From Parcubacteria group bacterium (GTDB lineage: Bacteria > Patescibacteriota > Minisyncoccia > Phycocordibacterales > CSBR16-119): DNA of 64,000 nucleotides. The DNA is taken from the NCBI GenBank assembly GCA_943356745.1, contig CALRFT010000003.1, forward strand, positions 10,853 to 74,852, in the 5' to 3' direction. The notes beneath the pieces were generated by a model. The model was not told the DNA's origin and made no database searches. It worked only from the letters and a program-made list of their open reading frames with translations. A program made the position numbers and the translations under genes. Shown piece after piece: positions 9,225 to 19,383 of the stretch (the first letter of the stretch is position 1; each line of letters opens with the position of its first letter).

Positions 9225-10508
9225 ATGTTCAACCTATCGAAACTTTTTCCATCAAGTCTTCACCTTAAAAAAACCATTATTCAAAATATGTCATGGCTTT
9301 TTTTGGGCGAACTCACAGGAAGAATTATTAAAATACTTCTTGTAATCTACGCCGTACGTCTTCTTGGAACAAGTGAATGGGGCATGTTTTCCTACATTCT
9401 TTCTTTCGTTACAATCTTCATTAACTTAACCGATATTGGTCTTAATACAATCGTTGTAAAAGAACTTGTTTCAAAAGATCAAGAGAAATTCTCTTATTTT
9501 TCTACTGCTTTTTATATCAAAATTTGTTTATTACTACTTTCTGCTTTAGTAATATTTACCACAATTCCTTATGAGTCAATCGGAAATAACATTGCAATAG
9601 TCATATCACTATTTTTATTTTCTTTCTTTGAAACCGTGCGAGACTTCATCATGTCTCTCAGTCGTGCTGAAGAAAAAATGAAATACGAGGCGCTATTCAA
9701 AATACTCAGCAATATCATTGTTGGTCTTTTTGGGTTTTATTTTCTACACCTTGCAAGTACTGCACAAAATCTATCCCTTGCCTATGCTCTTGGTGCTTTC
9801 TTGAGTTTTATAATTTCTAGTCTATTTCTTTTCCGAAAAAATAAATATATTTTTTCTTCTTTTTCAAAAAAACTTGTAAGTCCCCTTTTAAATCTGACAT
9901 GGCCACTTGCCATCGTACTCATTACAACAACAGTTATTTTTAATACTGATATTTTGGTATTGCAAAAATATAAAACGCTGAGTGATGTTGGAACATACTC
10001 AGCGACCCAAAAACTTATATTTCTTTTCCATATCATTCCTCAAGTAATACTTGGAGCGATGCAACCCGCGATGACAAAACTTCGAAGTCATATGGAAGAA
10101 TTTAAATCTTTTTACAAAAAAGTTTTTATCATTCTTATGGGAAGTTCGATACTAATCAGTATTACAACAATCCTGTTCCCAAAATTCATTCTTTCTCTCT
10201 TTTATGGTGGAGATTTTGTTTCCGGATCAACAGCCCTCCAAATTCTTTCCCTTTCACTCATTCCTGTTTTTATAAACTACCTCAGTGTGTACACGATCAT
10301 TACATTCGATACCCAAAGAAAACTTCTTTGGGGGAACACAGTGCTTATCCTCACAAATATTATTCTCAATCTAGTCTTGGTAAGATTATATGGAATTATT
10401 GGAGCATCGCTCGCAACAACAATCTCTCTTAGTTTAGTTTGTTTATACAACACCTATCAAATGAAACGATTTATATTTTCTTATACAATTTCAGAAAAAA
10501 AGACTTAA
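9225..10508 (+). CDS. polysaccharide biosynthesis protein / Wzx-like oligosaccharide flippase
   Basis: 427 aa with about 12 TM helices, placed directly after the initiating transferase, as in Wzx-dependent pathways. Confidence 0.65.
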   Translation: MFNLSKLFPSSLHLKKTIIQNMSWLFLGELTGRIIKILLVIYAVRLLGTSEWGMFSYILSFVTIFINLTDIGLNTIVVKELVSKDQEKFSYFSTAFYIKICLLLLSALVIFTTIPYESIGNNIAIVISLFLFSFFETVRDFIMSLSRAEEKMKYEALFKILSNIIVGLFGFYFLHLASTAQNLSLAYALGAFLSFIISSLFLFRKNKYIFSSFSKKLVSPLLNLTWPLAIVLITTTVIFNTDILVLQKYKTLSDVGTYSATQKLIFLFHIIPQVILGAMQPAMTKLRSHMEEFKSFYKKVFIILMGSSILISITTILFPKFILSLFYGGDFVSGSTALQILSLSLIPVFINYLSVYTIITFDTQRKLLWGNTVLILTNIILNLVLVRLYGIIGASLATTISLSLVCLYNTYQMKRFIFSYTISEKKT

Positions 10509-11295
10509 TACCAAAAGGTAAAAATCTAAATAGTGTCATATAAAAAATATATTTACCAATAGAAAAAAGATACGCAGTGTAAAAACCTGGGTATTTTTTT
10601 CTGTGTCGAACAACAGAAGAAATATTATTTTTGAGTAAAATTTTTTTATTTTTAAAACTATTACTTCCAGTTCTGAGAGAATAACCTGTAGAAAAATCTT
10701 GAATATTTTTCATAAGCCCTGTCGTTCCCATTCTGAGAACAAAGTCATAATCTTCCATATCCTTCACATTCAAAGCTTCAGAATATCCTGAAATTTGCTG
10801 GGCGGTCTTTCTTCTGTACACGACACCTGAATGAGTAAAGTGATTAAACCGCAAAAAACTCTTTCGTATATCGACATCTTGCTCTGGTGGAATAATAGAG
10901 TACAAAAAGTTTTGCCCTTCATCAAAAACACGAACTGCAGTTCCAACAAGATTATAGTTACTATTTGCGTCCAGAAAAGAAACTTGTTTTTCTATTTTTT
11001 GAACATCGCTCCAAAAGTCATCATCATCAAGAACCGCAACATATGTGCCACGACAAAAACTAAGTGCTCTATTTCTTGTTTTTTGAATTCCAAGATTTTT
11101 ATCATTGTTGTATACAAAAATCCTTGAATCGGAAAAAGAAGAAATAATCTCAAGTACATTATCAGTAGATCCATCATTCACAATAACAAGCTCCCAATTT
11201 TGATAAGTCTGATTTAAAACACTTTCAATAGCTCTCTTGATTGTGAGAGAGCCGTTATATGTGCAGAGTATTATACTAACAAGATTAGATTCCAT
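10471..11295 (-). CDS. glycosyltransferase family 2
   Basis: N-terminal GT-A signature SIILCTYNGSLTIKRAIESVLNQTYQNWELVIVNDGSTDN and a DDDD motif (VAVLDDDDFW). Confidence 0.85.
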   Translation of the reverse strand: MESNLVSIILCTYNGSLTIKRAIESVLNQTYQNWELVIVNDGSTDNVLEIISSFSDSRIFVYNNDKNLGIQKTRNRALSFCRGTYVAVLDDDDFWSDVQKIEKQVSFLDANSNYNLVGTAVRVFDEGQNFLYSIIPPEQDVDIRKSFLRFNHFTHSGVVYRRKTAQQISGYSEALNVKDMEDYDFVLRMGTTGLMKNIQDFSTGYSLRTGSNSFKNKKILLKNNISSVVRHRKKYPGFYTAYLFSIGKYIFYMTLFRFLPFGIKSFFLKLYKKI

Positions 11296-12067
11296 GTTTA
11301 AAAAAATTTCTTATAGACCTTTGACATGATTTGGGAAATAAAAACAAAACTTTTGTTCGAATTGTTTTGAGAAAAAACACAAACTCTTCTTTCCAGGAAA
11401 AAACTTTTCTTGAATGCATATCTACATCTATTTTATTTTTTTTCAAACTTCGAAGAACAGATCGCCTCCATTTTCCTCGTATAACCGCATTGTGAACAGC
11501 AATTTCTTGTTTGTGTGTACTATAAAATCTTGGGAATATATCAGAACGATACGAACCATTGATTTCAAATTCCCAAGCTGATTCTTTCTCGTCTAAAAAT
11601 TCCTGCAAAAATCCCCTATTCCAAAGAGACAAAACTGTTGAAACTCGATACAAAGAACCAGGAATAAGTTCTCCCATATATTGATCAACAAAAACAGAAC
11701 CTTGCGGTTTTCCACTCACACCTAAAAAGTTAACTTGTTTTTCTAATGCATTTTGAAATACCTGTTCAATTCTTTCAGTATGAATTTTTTCTTTCAAAAG
11801 CAAATCATCAAGCCAAAGAAATACATATTGGTGTGGAAGAGATTCAAGTGCTTTTTTAAGATTTTTTGACCAACCCACATCTTCACCAACAAGAAGAGGT
11901 TTTGCCTTACTATACTTCGGATGAGTTGTATTTGAAAGATAATATATTTCAAATGGACAATCTTTCCAAAACAAATCAAAAGAAGACCAAAAAGGCTTTT
12001 GAAGATCTTTGTAGGAGTCACAGGAAACCACCAAAATACATATATTATTTGTGAGATTATTTTGCAT
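11285..12067 (-). CDS. hypothetical protein in the glycan locus, possible GT-A-like transferase
   Basis: No confident family. Contains ..VFLWLDDLLL.. (DXD-like). Start chosen at an internal Met (12067) to limit overlap with the upstream gene; the track ORF extends to 12178. Confidence 0.4.
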   Translation of the reverse strand: MQNNLTNNICILVVSCDSYKDLQKPFWSSFDLFWKDCPFEIYYLSNTTHPKYSKAKPLLVGEDVGWSKNLKKALESLPHQYVFLWLDDLLLKEKIHTERIEQVFQNALEKQVNFLGVSGKPQGSVFVDQYMGELIPGSLYRVSTVLSLWNRGFLQEFLDEKESAWEFEINGSYRSDIFPRFYSTHKQEIAVHNAVIRGKWRRSVLRSLKKNKIDVDMHSRKVFSWKEEFVFFLKTIRTKVLFLFPKSCQRSIRNFFKHGI

Positions 12068-12923
12068 ATATAGCTCGTGATTTCTTAAATACAAATTGAT
12101 CAACGCTTTCTCCAAACGCATTATATGGAAGCACGCAAATATATTCCTTATCAAAACAAGCGTGAACAGCAGCTCCACCAGACAAGACAGTAATAAAATG
12201 TTTTGAAGAATACATTATATCAACATAACGATACAAATCTTGTTTTGAAACATCCACATATTCCACACGAGTTTCTTTTGTTTGAAATTTTGAAACATAG
12301 TTCTGGAAAGTCTGCTGACTATATTCCCAACCAACTTTCTTACCAGAAATATAATTTGAATCCACTAAAATAGTCTCTTCGTATTCTGAAATTTTTTGAG
12401 GCGTGTAAAAAATCTCTGGAATTCCCTTTCCAATACCTTGAAGGCCAAATTGTTTCTCAACAATTTCAGTAATAGAATCGCATCCCTGTGTCACAAAAAT
12501 CTGTTTCCAAGTTTTATCTTTTGAAAAAATACGAAAAACCAAACCATCTTCTTCAACGAAACCTTTAAAGTAAGGATTTTTCAAAAATAATAATTCTGCT
12601 ATATCTTTATTTGAAAGTTTTTCATAAGATTTTTTTGTAATGTAAAAATCAGCACCATACTTTTCATGAAGAAGTCTTGGAAGTGAGGTAAACACAGTCC
12701 AATCACCCAAACCTTTATATGGTATATCTAAAACAATTTTTTTTCTTGCTATAGCTTTTTGGATACTCTGTGAATAAGTTTTATATGAAAATCTATCAAA
12801 CAAAAGATTCCATATATTTTTTACAAAATACAGACCAAAAAACAAAAAACTTCCAAGTAATCCGAGTTTACGCATAATTGAAAAAGTTTTTTGTTTCAAG
12901 TAATTTTTATACATACAATTCAA
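12057..12923 (-). CDS. hypothetical protein, possible GT9-like (heptosyltransferase-fold) glycosyltransferase
   Basis: N-terminal TM; KKIVLDIPYKGLGDWTVFTSLPRLLHEKYG resembles the GT9 N-terminal GD motif. Weak. Confidence 0.4.
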   Translation of the reverse strand: MNCMYKNYLKQKTFSIMRKLGLLGSFLFFGLYFVKNIWNLLFDRFSYKTYSQSIQKAIARKKIVLDIPYKGLGDWTVFTSLPRLLHEKYGADFYITKKSYEKLSNKDIAELLFLKNPYFKGFVEEDGLVFRIFSKDKTWKQIFVTQGCDSITEIVEKQFGLQGIGKGIPEIFYTPQKISEYEETILVDSNYISGKKVGWEYSQQTFQNYVSKFQTKETRVEYVDVSKQDLYRYVDIMYSSKHFITVLSGGAAVHACFDKEYICVLPYNAFGESVDQFVFKKSRAIYAK

Positions 12924-13783
12924 AATGGAAGAAAACTAATAACAAAAAGTGTCATAATTTTACATCTATCAAACATTGGTGGCTTGCTTTGCATTGCTTT
13001 TTGAAAAGCGTGCCGAGCACTTTTTTTCTTACCCTTTTGAAGTAATATAAAACCAAGTGATTTCCATAAAAAGAAACCAACCTTATGTTTTTCATACATT
13101 GGATACACCCTTTCTTTGAAAATGAGGAATTCCTCAACACTTTGATTTTTACTTATGTTTGATCCGTGAATCGAATATACCAAAAGAGGTTCCGAAATAT
13201 ATCCAAATACTCCATTATCAAAACAGCGAACAATAAAATCAACGTCTTCCCAGTGATTTATTGTTTCAGAAAAAAAACCAATTTTTGACCTCACAAAATC
13301 AAGTCGAGTAAATATATTCATCCCACTAAATGTTGAACCAATACGAGTAAGGAAAAATGACACTGGTTTTTTTGTTGAAAATCTAAAGCTTTTTTTTGTT
13401 TTCGTATGCCCAGATTCAATCCAAATATCAGAACTACAAAAATCAATATCCTTATTTCGATTCATATATTCAACAAATTTTGAAATACGCCAGTGGACAA
13501 ATTTATCATCAGAATCAAGAAAGGTAACAAAAAAACCACTTGCCTTTTCAAGTCCTGTATTTCTTGCCTTTCCTATTCCACCATTTACTTGTTTGATATA
13601 CACAACTCGAGAGTCTCTTTCGATGTATTCAGAAACAATTTCTTCTGTATTATCTGTTGAACCATCATCAACAACAATAATTTCAAAATTATCATAATCT
13701 CCGTGAATAATACTTTCAATTGCCCGAGCAATATATCCTGCTCGGTTATAGGTTGGTATGATAATTGAAACTTTTTGATCCAT
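12920..13783 (-). CDS. glycosyltransferase family 2
   Basis: VSIIIPTYNRAGYIARAIESIIHGDYDNFEIIVVDDGSTDN and LDSDD motif. Confidence 0.85.
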   Translation of the reverse strand: MDQKVSIIIPTYNRAGYIARAIESIIHGDYDNFEIIVVDDGSTDNTEEIVSEYIERDSRVVYIKQVNGGIGKARNTGLEKASGFFVTFLDSDDKFVHWRISKFVEYMNRNKDIDFCSSDIWIESGHTKTKKSFRFSTKKPVSFFLTRIGSTFSGMNIFTRLDFVRSKIGFFSETINHWEDVDFIVRCFDNGVFGYISEPLLVYSIHGSNISKNQSVEEFLIFKERVYPMYEKHKVGFFLWKSLGFILLQKGKKKSARHAFQKAMQSKPPMFDRCKIMTLFVISFLPF

Positions 13784-14706
13784 TACTTTTTAAAAATAAA
13801 ATTATCAAATGCCGTATCAAGAATTCGAGACAGATCACCTTCGACAAGTTCAAGTTCTCCCTCGTGTGTAATTGCATATGACTTGTAGCCAAACGATCTT
13901 AGTTTTTCAACCGCTTGCATTGAAGCATCGCCACCATTATCAAATCGACACACTTCAAGAGAGATAAGAATATTATTATTTCTAAAAATATCTTCTCCAC
14001 CTTCAAGAACAAATACTTCTGCGCCCTCAACATCCATTTTCATACATGTTGGAATTGCATGTGACTGACAATACTCTGATAAAGTAATCATGGAAATAGT
14101 AATACTTCTTTTATATGAACCATTAACAACATCAGTTCTTTCGTCTGCGAACTTTTTGTTGATAGTACTTACCCCAGAAGAGTCAGACAAAAAGAGTTCT
14201 CCTTCTCCTGACTGATTTGAAACTGCAACCTGAGATACTGTTACATGTGTATTCAAAGCTGTATTATTTTTTACCACATCACAGACTTCTTTAATTGGTT
14301 CAAATGAATGAACTTCTCGACAAATATCAGATGTAAGATAGGTATAAAATCCATAGTTTGCACCAAGATCATAAAACACATCATCCGATCCAAGATGTTT
14401 GATGAAAAATTTACTTAATTTATATTCAGCGGGACTGTAGATAAGGGCACCAAACACATAGAGAATAATAATATCTTGATCTATAATATCAGCCTTGATT
14501 TTCCTTCCCCAAAACAAAGAAAACTCTCGATTCTCTTTTTTAAGAAAACCACAACGCCACAGCAAATATAGTCCATAAAATCTTACCGAGAAAAGAAGTC
14601 TTACAAACTTCCACAAAAAACCTTGCTTGGTAGCAAAATGATTGAAATAGAACGCATGTTTATACGCTTGTTCAAGTTGTTGTAATGTAGTTTCTTTGTG
14701 GAGCAT
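13783..14706 (-). CDS. FkbM-family SAM-dependent methyltransferase
   Basis: ..FYDLGANYGFYT.. glycine-rich SAM motif. The domain organisation is typical of FkbM methyltransferases found in glycan clusters. Confidence 0.65.
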   Translation of the reverse strand: MLHKETTLQQLEQAYKHAFYFNHFATKQGFLWKFVRLLFSVRFYGLYLLWRCGFLKKENREFSLFWGRKIKADIIDQDIIILYVFGALIYSPAEYKLSKFFIKHLGSDDVFYDLGANYGFYTYLTSDICREVHSFEPIKEVCDVVKNNTALNTHVTVSQVAVSNQSGEGELFLSDSSGVSTINKKFADERTDVVNGSYKRSITISMITLSEYCQSHAIPTCMKMDVEGAEVFVLEGGEDIFRNNNILISLEVCRFDNGGDASMQAVEKLRSFGYKSYAITHEGELELVEGDLSRILDTAFDNFIFKK

Positions 14707-14727
14707 ACTATAAATTTATATTATTTG

Positions 14728-16800
14728 TTAATAACTATATTCTGGAATAAAGGTCTTTATTTTTTTGTTTACCTCATTAATCACACTCATATTTTTTGAC
14801 TGAACTGCCGTATACATCAAAAGATCTGCGTAGTTTTTGTTATATGAACCCATGTCATACAAAACATGAGCATACTCAAGCGCCTTGTTGTAATCTTTTG
14901 CGAGAATCTGTGTTTCAATCATCACCTCATATCCCAATGCAGAAAACGGAGCATTTTCAATTGTTCTCGCGCTAAACTTCTCTGCCTCTTTAAGGTATCT
15001 ATCTTTATTTTCAGATTGAATAGAAGAAAGTAATCCAGCAATACGTGCACTCACTAAACTAAAACGAAGATCAAAAGGATAGGTGTCGGACATAGAACTT
15101 GCATAACCAAACAAAACCTCTAGTTCTTTTTCTCCATACAGCTTTACTTCTTCATCAAAACTCTGCCAATACTGTCTGTACCCATCAATAATAATATCCA
15201 GAAACTGAGCTTCTGACCGGAGAGTACCGACAGGAGAAGTATTAAAAGCCTTTTCAAACAGAGCGGGTCTTTGATCAAGGGAAGCATCTGTTAATACTCG
15301 TATTTGTTTTGATTCTGCTCGGACTCGCATTGCAAAGAAATACATAGCAAACATAACAACAACAAACATAAGGATAGTGAGACCAAATCTTACATATTCA
15401 TTCAAATTATATTTTTGCTTGATTGTACTACCTCCAAAAAGAAATACTGAAATAAGTCCAAGAAGTACAAAATATGCTTGAATACTTGAAATAGTATCAA
15501 AGGCAAAAAATAGTTGGAATTGATACGATACAAGAAGTCCTACAAGAAAAGATGCTGTGAGTATGTCTTTTCGATCTTGAGTGTTTTGAGCAAAGCGAAC
15601 CAAAGAAACCAAAACAAAACCAAGCACCGAAAGATACAAAACAAGACCTGGAACACCAGAAGAAACCAATGTTTCTAACATTGCATTGTGAGGTTTGTCT
15701 GTCCACGGCTCGTTTGGATATGGTGGATTGAGTAAAATAGGATCAAGATTTTGATTGTGAACAAAAGAATAATTCTCCAAACCGTATCCGAGCAAAGGTT
15801 TTTCCATAGCACCATTCCATGCCATTTCCCAATACACCACCCGAGCACCATCTCCGCTCCAAACAAGATATTCTTGTATTTTTGAATCAGGAGAAAAATA
15901 GTCAAAAGCAGAAAATACTACTCCACAAGCAAACAATCCGAGGAGTATATAGCCAAAAAATTTCTGTATTTTTTTCTGTGATGCAGACAAAAATAGAGAT
16001 ACTGCAACAAAAAGTCCAAGCACAACCGAAACAAAACCAGCCCGAGCTTCACCCAAGAAGGTATCGATACTTGTCACCTGCAAGGTAAATACTTTTTGAA
16101 TTTCAATAAAAATAGGATTGAGAAGAAGAATCAAAGCAAGTACAGCCCAGATAATTTTTCTCTTTGTTTGTTGCTCTCTCACAAAAAGAATCAAAGAAGC
16201 GAAGAAAGAAAAAACTAAAAACAAAGCGGCGTACGAAGTGTTACCAAATGTTCCTGCATTACTTGATTGCCGTAAAAACTCAATATCAAGATTCAAAAAA
16301 ACAGGCGAAGCAAAAACTGTAAGAGTTGCAAGAGCTCCCCCAAAGACAAATGCTTTAAGCAGCTGCCAAATAGTTTCTTTTGAATACACCAGAATCGTGC
16401 TGACAAAAAGAACAAAAGAGAACAAGTAGGTTACAAAACCACTGTGTCTTCCGAAGTTTGACCAAAACGATGACTCAAAATGTATCCCTGTGACACTGGT
16501 TGCCAAAAGCCACACAAGAAAAACAGAAACAATGCCGAGAAGGATTTTTGTTTGTTTTGAAAGAGTTCTTTTTTGAGAAACCACAAGTGGAACCAAAAAC
16601 CCACAAGCGATAGACCCCAATACAGCCAAAAAGGTGTATTTGATGGTTGAAAAGTAATAATAATCTTTGAGAGAAAAAAGAAGTGGACTCAAAAAGATAC
16701 TAATAAAGATGATTATTTTAAGAGCGCTGACTTGCGAATTATCGCCTTTTTGTATACCAAACATGGAAAAATTATACCCCAAAAAACAAAAAACCGCCAC
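14728..16800 (-). CDS. O-antigen ligase / Wzy_C-domain polytopic membrane protein with a C-terminal soluble helical (TPR-like) domain; candidate O-oligosaccharyltransferase or polymerase
   Basis: About 12 TM helices and the Wzy_C hallmark ..KPHNAMLETLVSSGVPGLVLYL.. (H-N-x-x-L-E...G-x-x-G). The C-terminal ~200 aa are soluble and helical. Confidence 0.7.
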   Translation of the reverse strand: MAVFCFLGYNFSMFGIQKGDNSQVSALKIIIFISIFLSPLLFSLKDYYYFSTIKYTFLAVLGSIACGFLVPLVVSQKRTLSKQTKILLGIVSVFLVWLLATSVTGIHFESSFWSNFGRHSGFVTYLFSFVLFVSTILVYSKETIWQLLKAFVFGGALATLTVFASPVFLNLDIEFLRQSSNAGTFGNTSYAALFLVFSFFASLILFVREQQTKRKIIWAVLALILLLNPIFIEIQKVFTLQVTSIDTFLGEARAGFVSVVLGLFVAVSLFLSASQKKIQKFFGYILLGLFACGVVFSAFDYFSPDSKIQEYLVWSGDGARVVYWEMAWNGAMEKPLLGYGLENYSFVHNQNLDPILLNPPYPNEPWTDKPHNAMLETLVSSGVPGLVLYLSVLGFVLVSLVRFAQNTQDRKDILTASFLVGLLVSYQFQLFFAFDTISSIQAYFVLLGLISVFLFGGSTIKQKYNLNEYVRFGLTILMFVVVMFAMYFFAMRVRAESKQIRVLTDASLDQRPALFEKAFNTSPVGTLRSEAQFLDIIIDGYRQYWQSFDEEVKLYGEKELEVLFGYASSMSDTYPFDLRFSLVSARIAGLLSSIQSENKDRYLKEAEKFSARTIENAPFSALGYEVMIETQILAKDYNKALEYAHVLYDMGSYNKNYADLLMYTAVQSKNMSVINEVNKKIKTFIPEYSY

Positions 16801-16857
16801 GAGGGCGGTTTATTGTTTTTCTTAGTTTTCACTAAGTATTCCTTGGTTATTCTAAGA

Positions 16858-18807
16858 TTAGAATAGGTTTAGGAATAGTGGATCTGTTTTGAAGTCAACA
16901 AGGTTGAATGAATATACTTCATCATCCCCTCCTGCTGCATAATCCCATCCAATAGCTTCAAGAACTACTTGAGCAAATGCGTCAGCTGATGCTGTTGCGT
17001 TTACTGTCAATGTGATAGTTTCTGAAGTTCCTTCTTCAATCAAGAATGCATTTCCGTCAACTGTATCACCTGTTGATGTAGTTACACAAGTTGTTGAGTT
17101 TGAACCATTGTTTGTGATTGAGTATGAAGTTGCTGTTGAAACTTCTGATCCATCGTTATCTTCAACACAAGTGTTGTCTACCCAGATGTCTCCATCAAAA
17201 GCAGTAACCTTGTACTTAATAACGAATTGAGCTTGGTCTCCTGTTCCTGAAGTATCTGAAGTTACAGTTTTCACTTCTGTTGCTGAAACCAATTCTAGAT
17301 CAAATCCTACTTCGTATGCAGCGTGTGCATCTCCCACAGCAGAACCTGTAAGGTCTCCACTTGCAAGTGAGTCACCAGCTTCATCTTCTGCATCAATATC
17401 AGCAACTGTAAGTGTTGCTTGTACAGTGTCTCCATCATCAAGAGCTCCATCTGTATCAGCAAGTTCTACTTCTAGAACGAATTCCACTTCTTCTCCTGCG
17501 TCAATTGTGATGTCAAGATCATCGAAAGTAACTACTCCGTCATTTGGAACGTTTTCTGTTGCGATTTCTTCACCATCCATCCATAGGTTTGCTTCAAGAA
17601 CGATTACTGATGGATCTGTTTCTCCAGTTGTTGTAATTTCAAATGGGATAGCTTCGATAGTAACGTCTGAATCTCCTCGTGCTTCAAGAGTGAATGAAAG
17701 AATTTCGTGCTTTGTATCGTCTGTATCATCTACATTCAATACTCGTGCATCGTTAATGTCTTCATTTTCAAGTGCTGCTCGAAGTTCAACATCTGTTGCT
17801 CCAGCAAAGTCTTCAAAACTGAAAAGCTTTTCTAGATCATCATCTGCTGCACCGTCAGCAACATCAAGAGTGTAGTTTTCTGTTGTAACTACTCCATCTC
17901 CATCCATAAATCGGATTGAAGAAACTCCTACGTTGAATTGATCAGTGTCGATATCTCCTGAGTCAAGATTGTTAAGTGCTGAAACAGCAATTACCAATTC
18001 CATTTCATCACCTGCTTCGATGATAACTCCTTCAAGAGAAATGTTTCGTGAGTAAACATCTGATGATTCGTTAAAGTCATCAGCATCAACTGATCCAACT
18101 TTTTCTCCGTCAAACCATACAGATACTTCATCTGCGTAGTCTTCTAGTTTTTCTGAGTCAGCTGAAGTGTTTTGTGAGAATTCAACTTTGATTGAAGTGA
18201 TTTCCACATCTGATTCGTCATCAGCTTCGATGTCGAATGCAAGAACTGGAACATCTTCTTCTCCTTCTCCTACTTCTTCGTTAGAGTAAGATGAAGAAAG
18301 GTCAACTGTAATATCTCCAGCTCCTCCGTTAAGAGTTCCTGTTGATGTTGATCCTCCGTTGTTGTTTGTTCCACAGTTTGTTCCAGCCATCATTGAAGCG
18401 TTAACAATTGCTCCTTGTGTAGCTGGTCCAGCAATTCCGTCTGCTGAAAGTCCCTTTGAAGTTTGGAAAGCTTTCACTGCAGCTGATGTAGCTGGTCCGT
18501 ATGAACCATCAACATCAACTGTAAGTGATGCTCCTCCGTACATGTTAAGTGCTGTTTGTAGTGCAGATACTGCTGATCCACTCATTCCTGGTCGGAGAGT
18601 TGATGTAGCTGTGTATCCGTAAGTTGTTCCACAAGTTGTAGATCCTGTTGAAGATCCTCCTTGCATTTGTGCAATTTGAGCTGTAAGAGCAGCAATTTGA
18701 GCCATCAAACTTTCAATAGTTGGAGTTTGAGCTTTAGCTGATCCTGCAATTCCAAATGCTGCTGCTGCAAGCACAAGTGCTGCAACTGATTTTTTGAAAA
18801 TTGTCAT
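16858..18807 (-). CDS. secreted acidic surface protein with an N-terminal peptidoglycan-binding (PG_binding_1) domain; S-layer-like or cell-wall-associated protein
   Basis: Signal peptide MTIFKKSVAALVLAAAAFGIAGSAKA. Then a PG_binding_1-like segment (LRPGMSGSAVSALQTALNMYGG..DGSYGPATSAAVKAFQ..LSADGIAGPATQGAI). The remaining ~480 aa are D/E/T/S/G-rich beta-repeat sequence. Confidence 0.7.
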   Translation of the reverse strand: MTIFKKSVAALVLAAAAFGIAGSAKAQTPTIESLMAQIAALTAQIAQMQGGSSTGSTTCGTTYGYTATSTLRPGMSGSAVSALQTALNMYGGASLTVDVDGSYGPATSAAVKAFQTSKGLSADGIAGPATQGAIVNASMMAGTNCGTNNNGGSTSTGTLNGGAGDITVDLSSSYSNEEVGEGEEDVPVLAFDIEADDESDVEITSIKVEFSQNTSADSEKLEDYADEVSVWFDGEKVGSVDADDFNESSDVYSRNISLEGVIIEAGDEMELVIAVSALNNLDSGDIDTDQFNVGVSSIRFMDGDGVVTTENYTLDVADGAADDDLEKLFSFEDFAGATDVELRAALENEDINDARVLNVDDTDDTKHEILSFTLEARGDSDVTIEAIPFEITTTGETDPSVIVLEANLWMDGEEIATENVPNDGVVTFDDLDITIDAGEEVEFVLEVELADTDGALDDGDTVQATLTVADIDAEDEAGDSLASGDLTGSAVGDAHAAYEVGFDLELVSATEVKTVTSDTSGTGDQAQFVIKYKVTAFDGDIWVDNTCVEDNDGSEVSTATSYSITNNGSNSTTCVTTSTGDTVDGNAFLIEEGTSETITLTVNATASADAFAQVVLEAIGWDYAAGGDDEVYSFNLVDFKTDPLFLNLF

Positions 18808-19347
18808 AATAAAATTTTTGTAATTAGCTAATTAAAAAAGCTTATAATTTTTTTTGCGTTTCCGCATGGTCCACTTTTTCTGTGTCTTTATCACACATAC
18901 TTTGGTAAACCGGCTTTTTGATCTCTTTTCTTTTGCAAGAAAAGTTTTGTATTTGTTCGAAAACAAACACGATTGTGTGAATGATACCTCTACCATTCAC
19001 TACAAACAATTTTTGTTGTTTGTATCTACCTTGTCGACACGGCGGATACCGATCGACGAAAAAACACAAGTTAAGAGTAGGGCGTTTAAATTCCCCACAA
19101 GATCGCTATGTTGTTTTCAACGACCGTTCCACTTGTTGGACGAAAATACGGTGAGATTGATAAATATACCAAAAACAACGCACACTTTCGTCGCTTTCAT
19201 ATAGTATCACAAGGCCTCAATAAAGGCTATATAAAATACTGTGAAAAACGACGCAACTGTTGAAAGGTTGGGTAACCCTTCATTTTCGTCATAAATAAAG
19301 ACGAAACAGCTTAAGCAATATTACATAAAAAATATAACATAACAAAA

Positions 19348-19382
19348 AAGATACTGTGTCAAACATGACCAGTATCTTTTTT
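19348..19382 (-). terminator. terminator hairpin aaaaaagatactg...cagtatctttttt downstream of the 19384..20199 gene
   Basis: Perfect 9-bp stem flanked by A-run and T-run. Confidence 0.6.
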
Positions 19383-19383
19383 G

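Noticed and set aside
10471-10508. 38-nt convergent overlap of flippase and GT2 gene 3' ends; 122-nt overlap of track ORFs 11285..12178 and 12057..12923
   Set aside because: The first is a tolerable convergent overlap. The second is resolved by choosing the internal Met at 12067 for the downstream gene. Neither looks like a frameshift site.
17426-17875. 149-aa plus-strand ORF (Ser/Arg/Thr-rich) and other antisense ORFs inside 16858..18807
   Set aside because: These are antisense shadows of the highly biased acidic-repeat gene. The low-complexity translation has no start context.
18842-19204. ORFs 18842..19069 (-) and 18854..19204 (+) in the leader of the surface-protein gene
   Set aside because: They overlap each other on opposite strands, lack an RBS, and have Cys/Phe/Arg-rich non-protein-like composition. 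The region is treated as non-coding leader.
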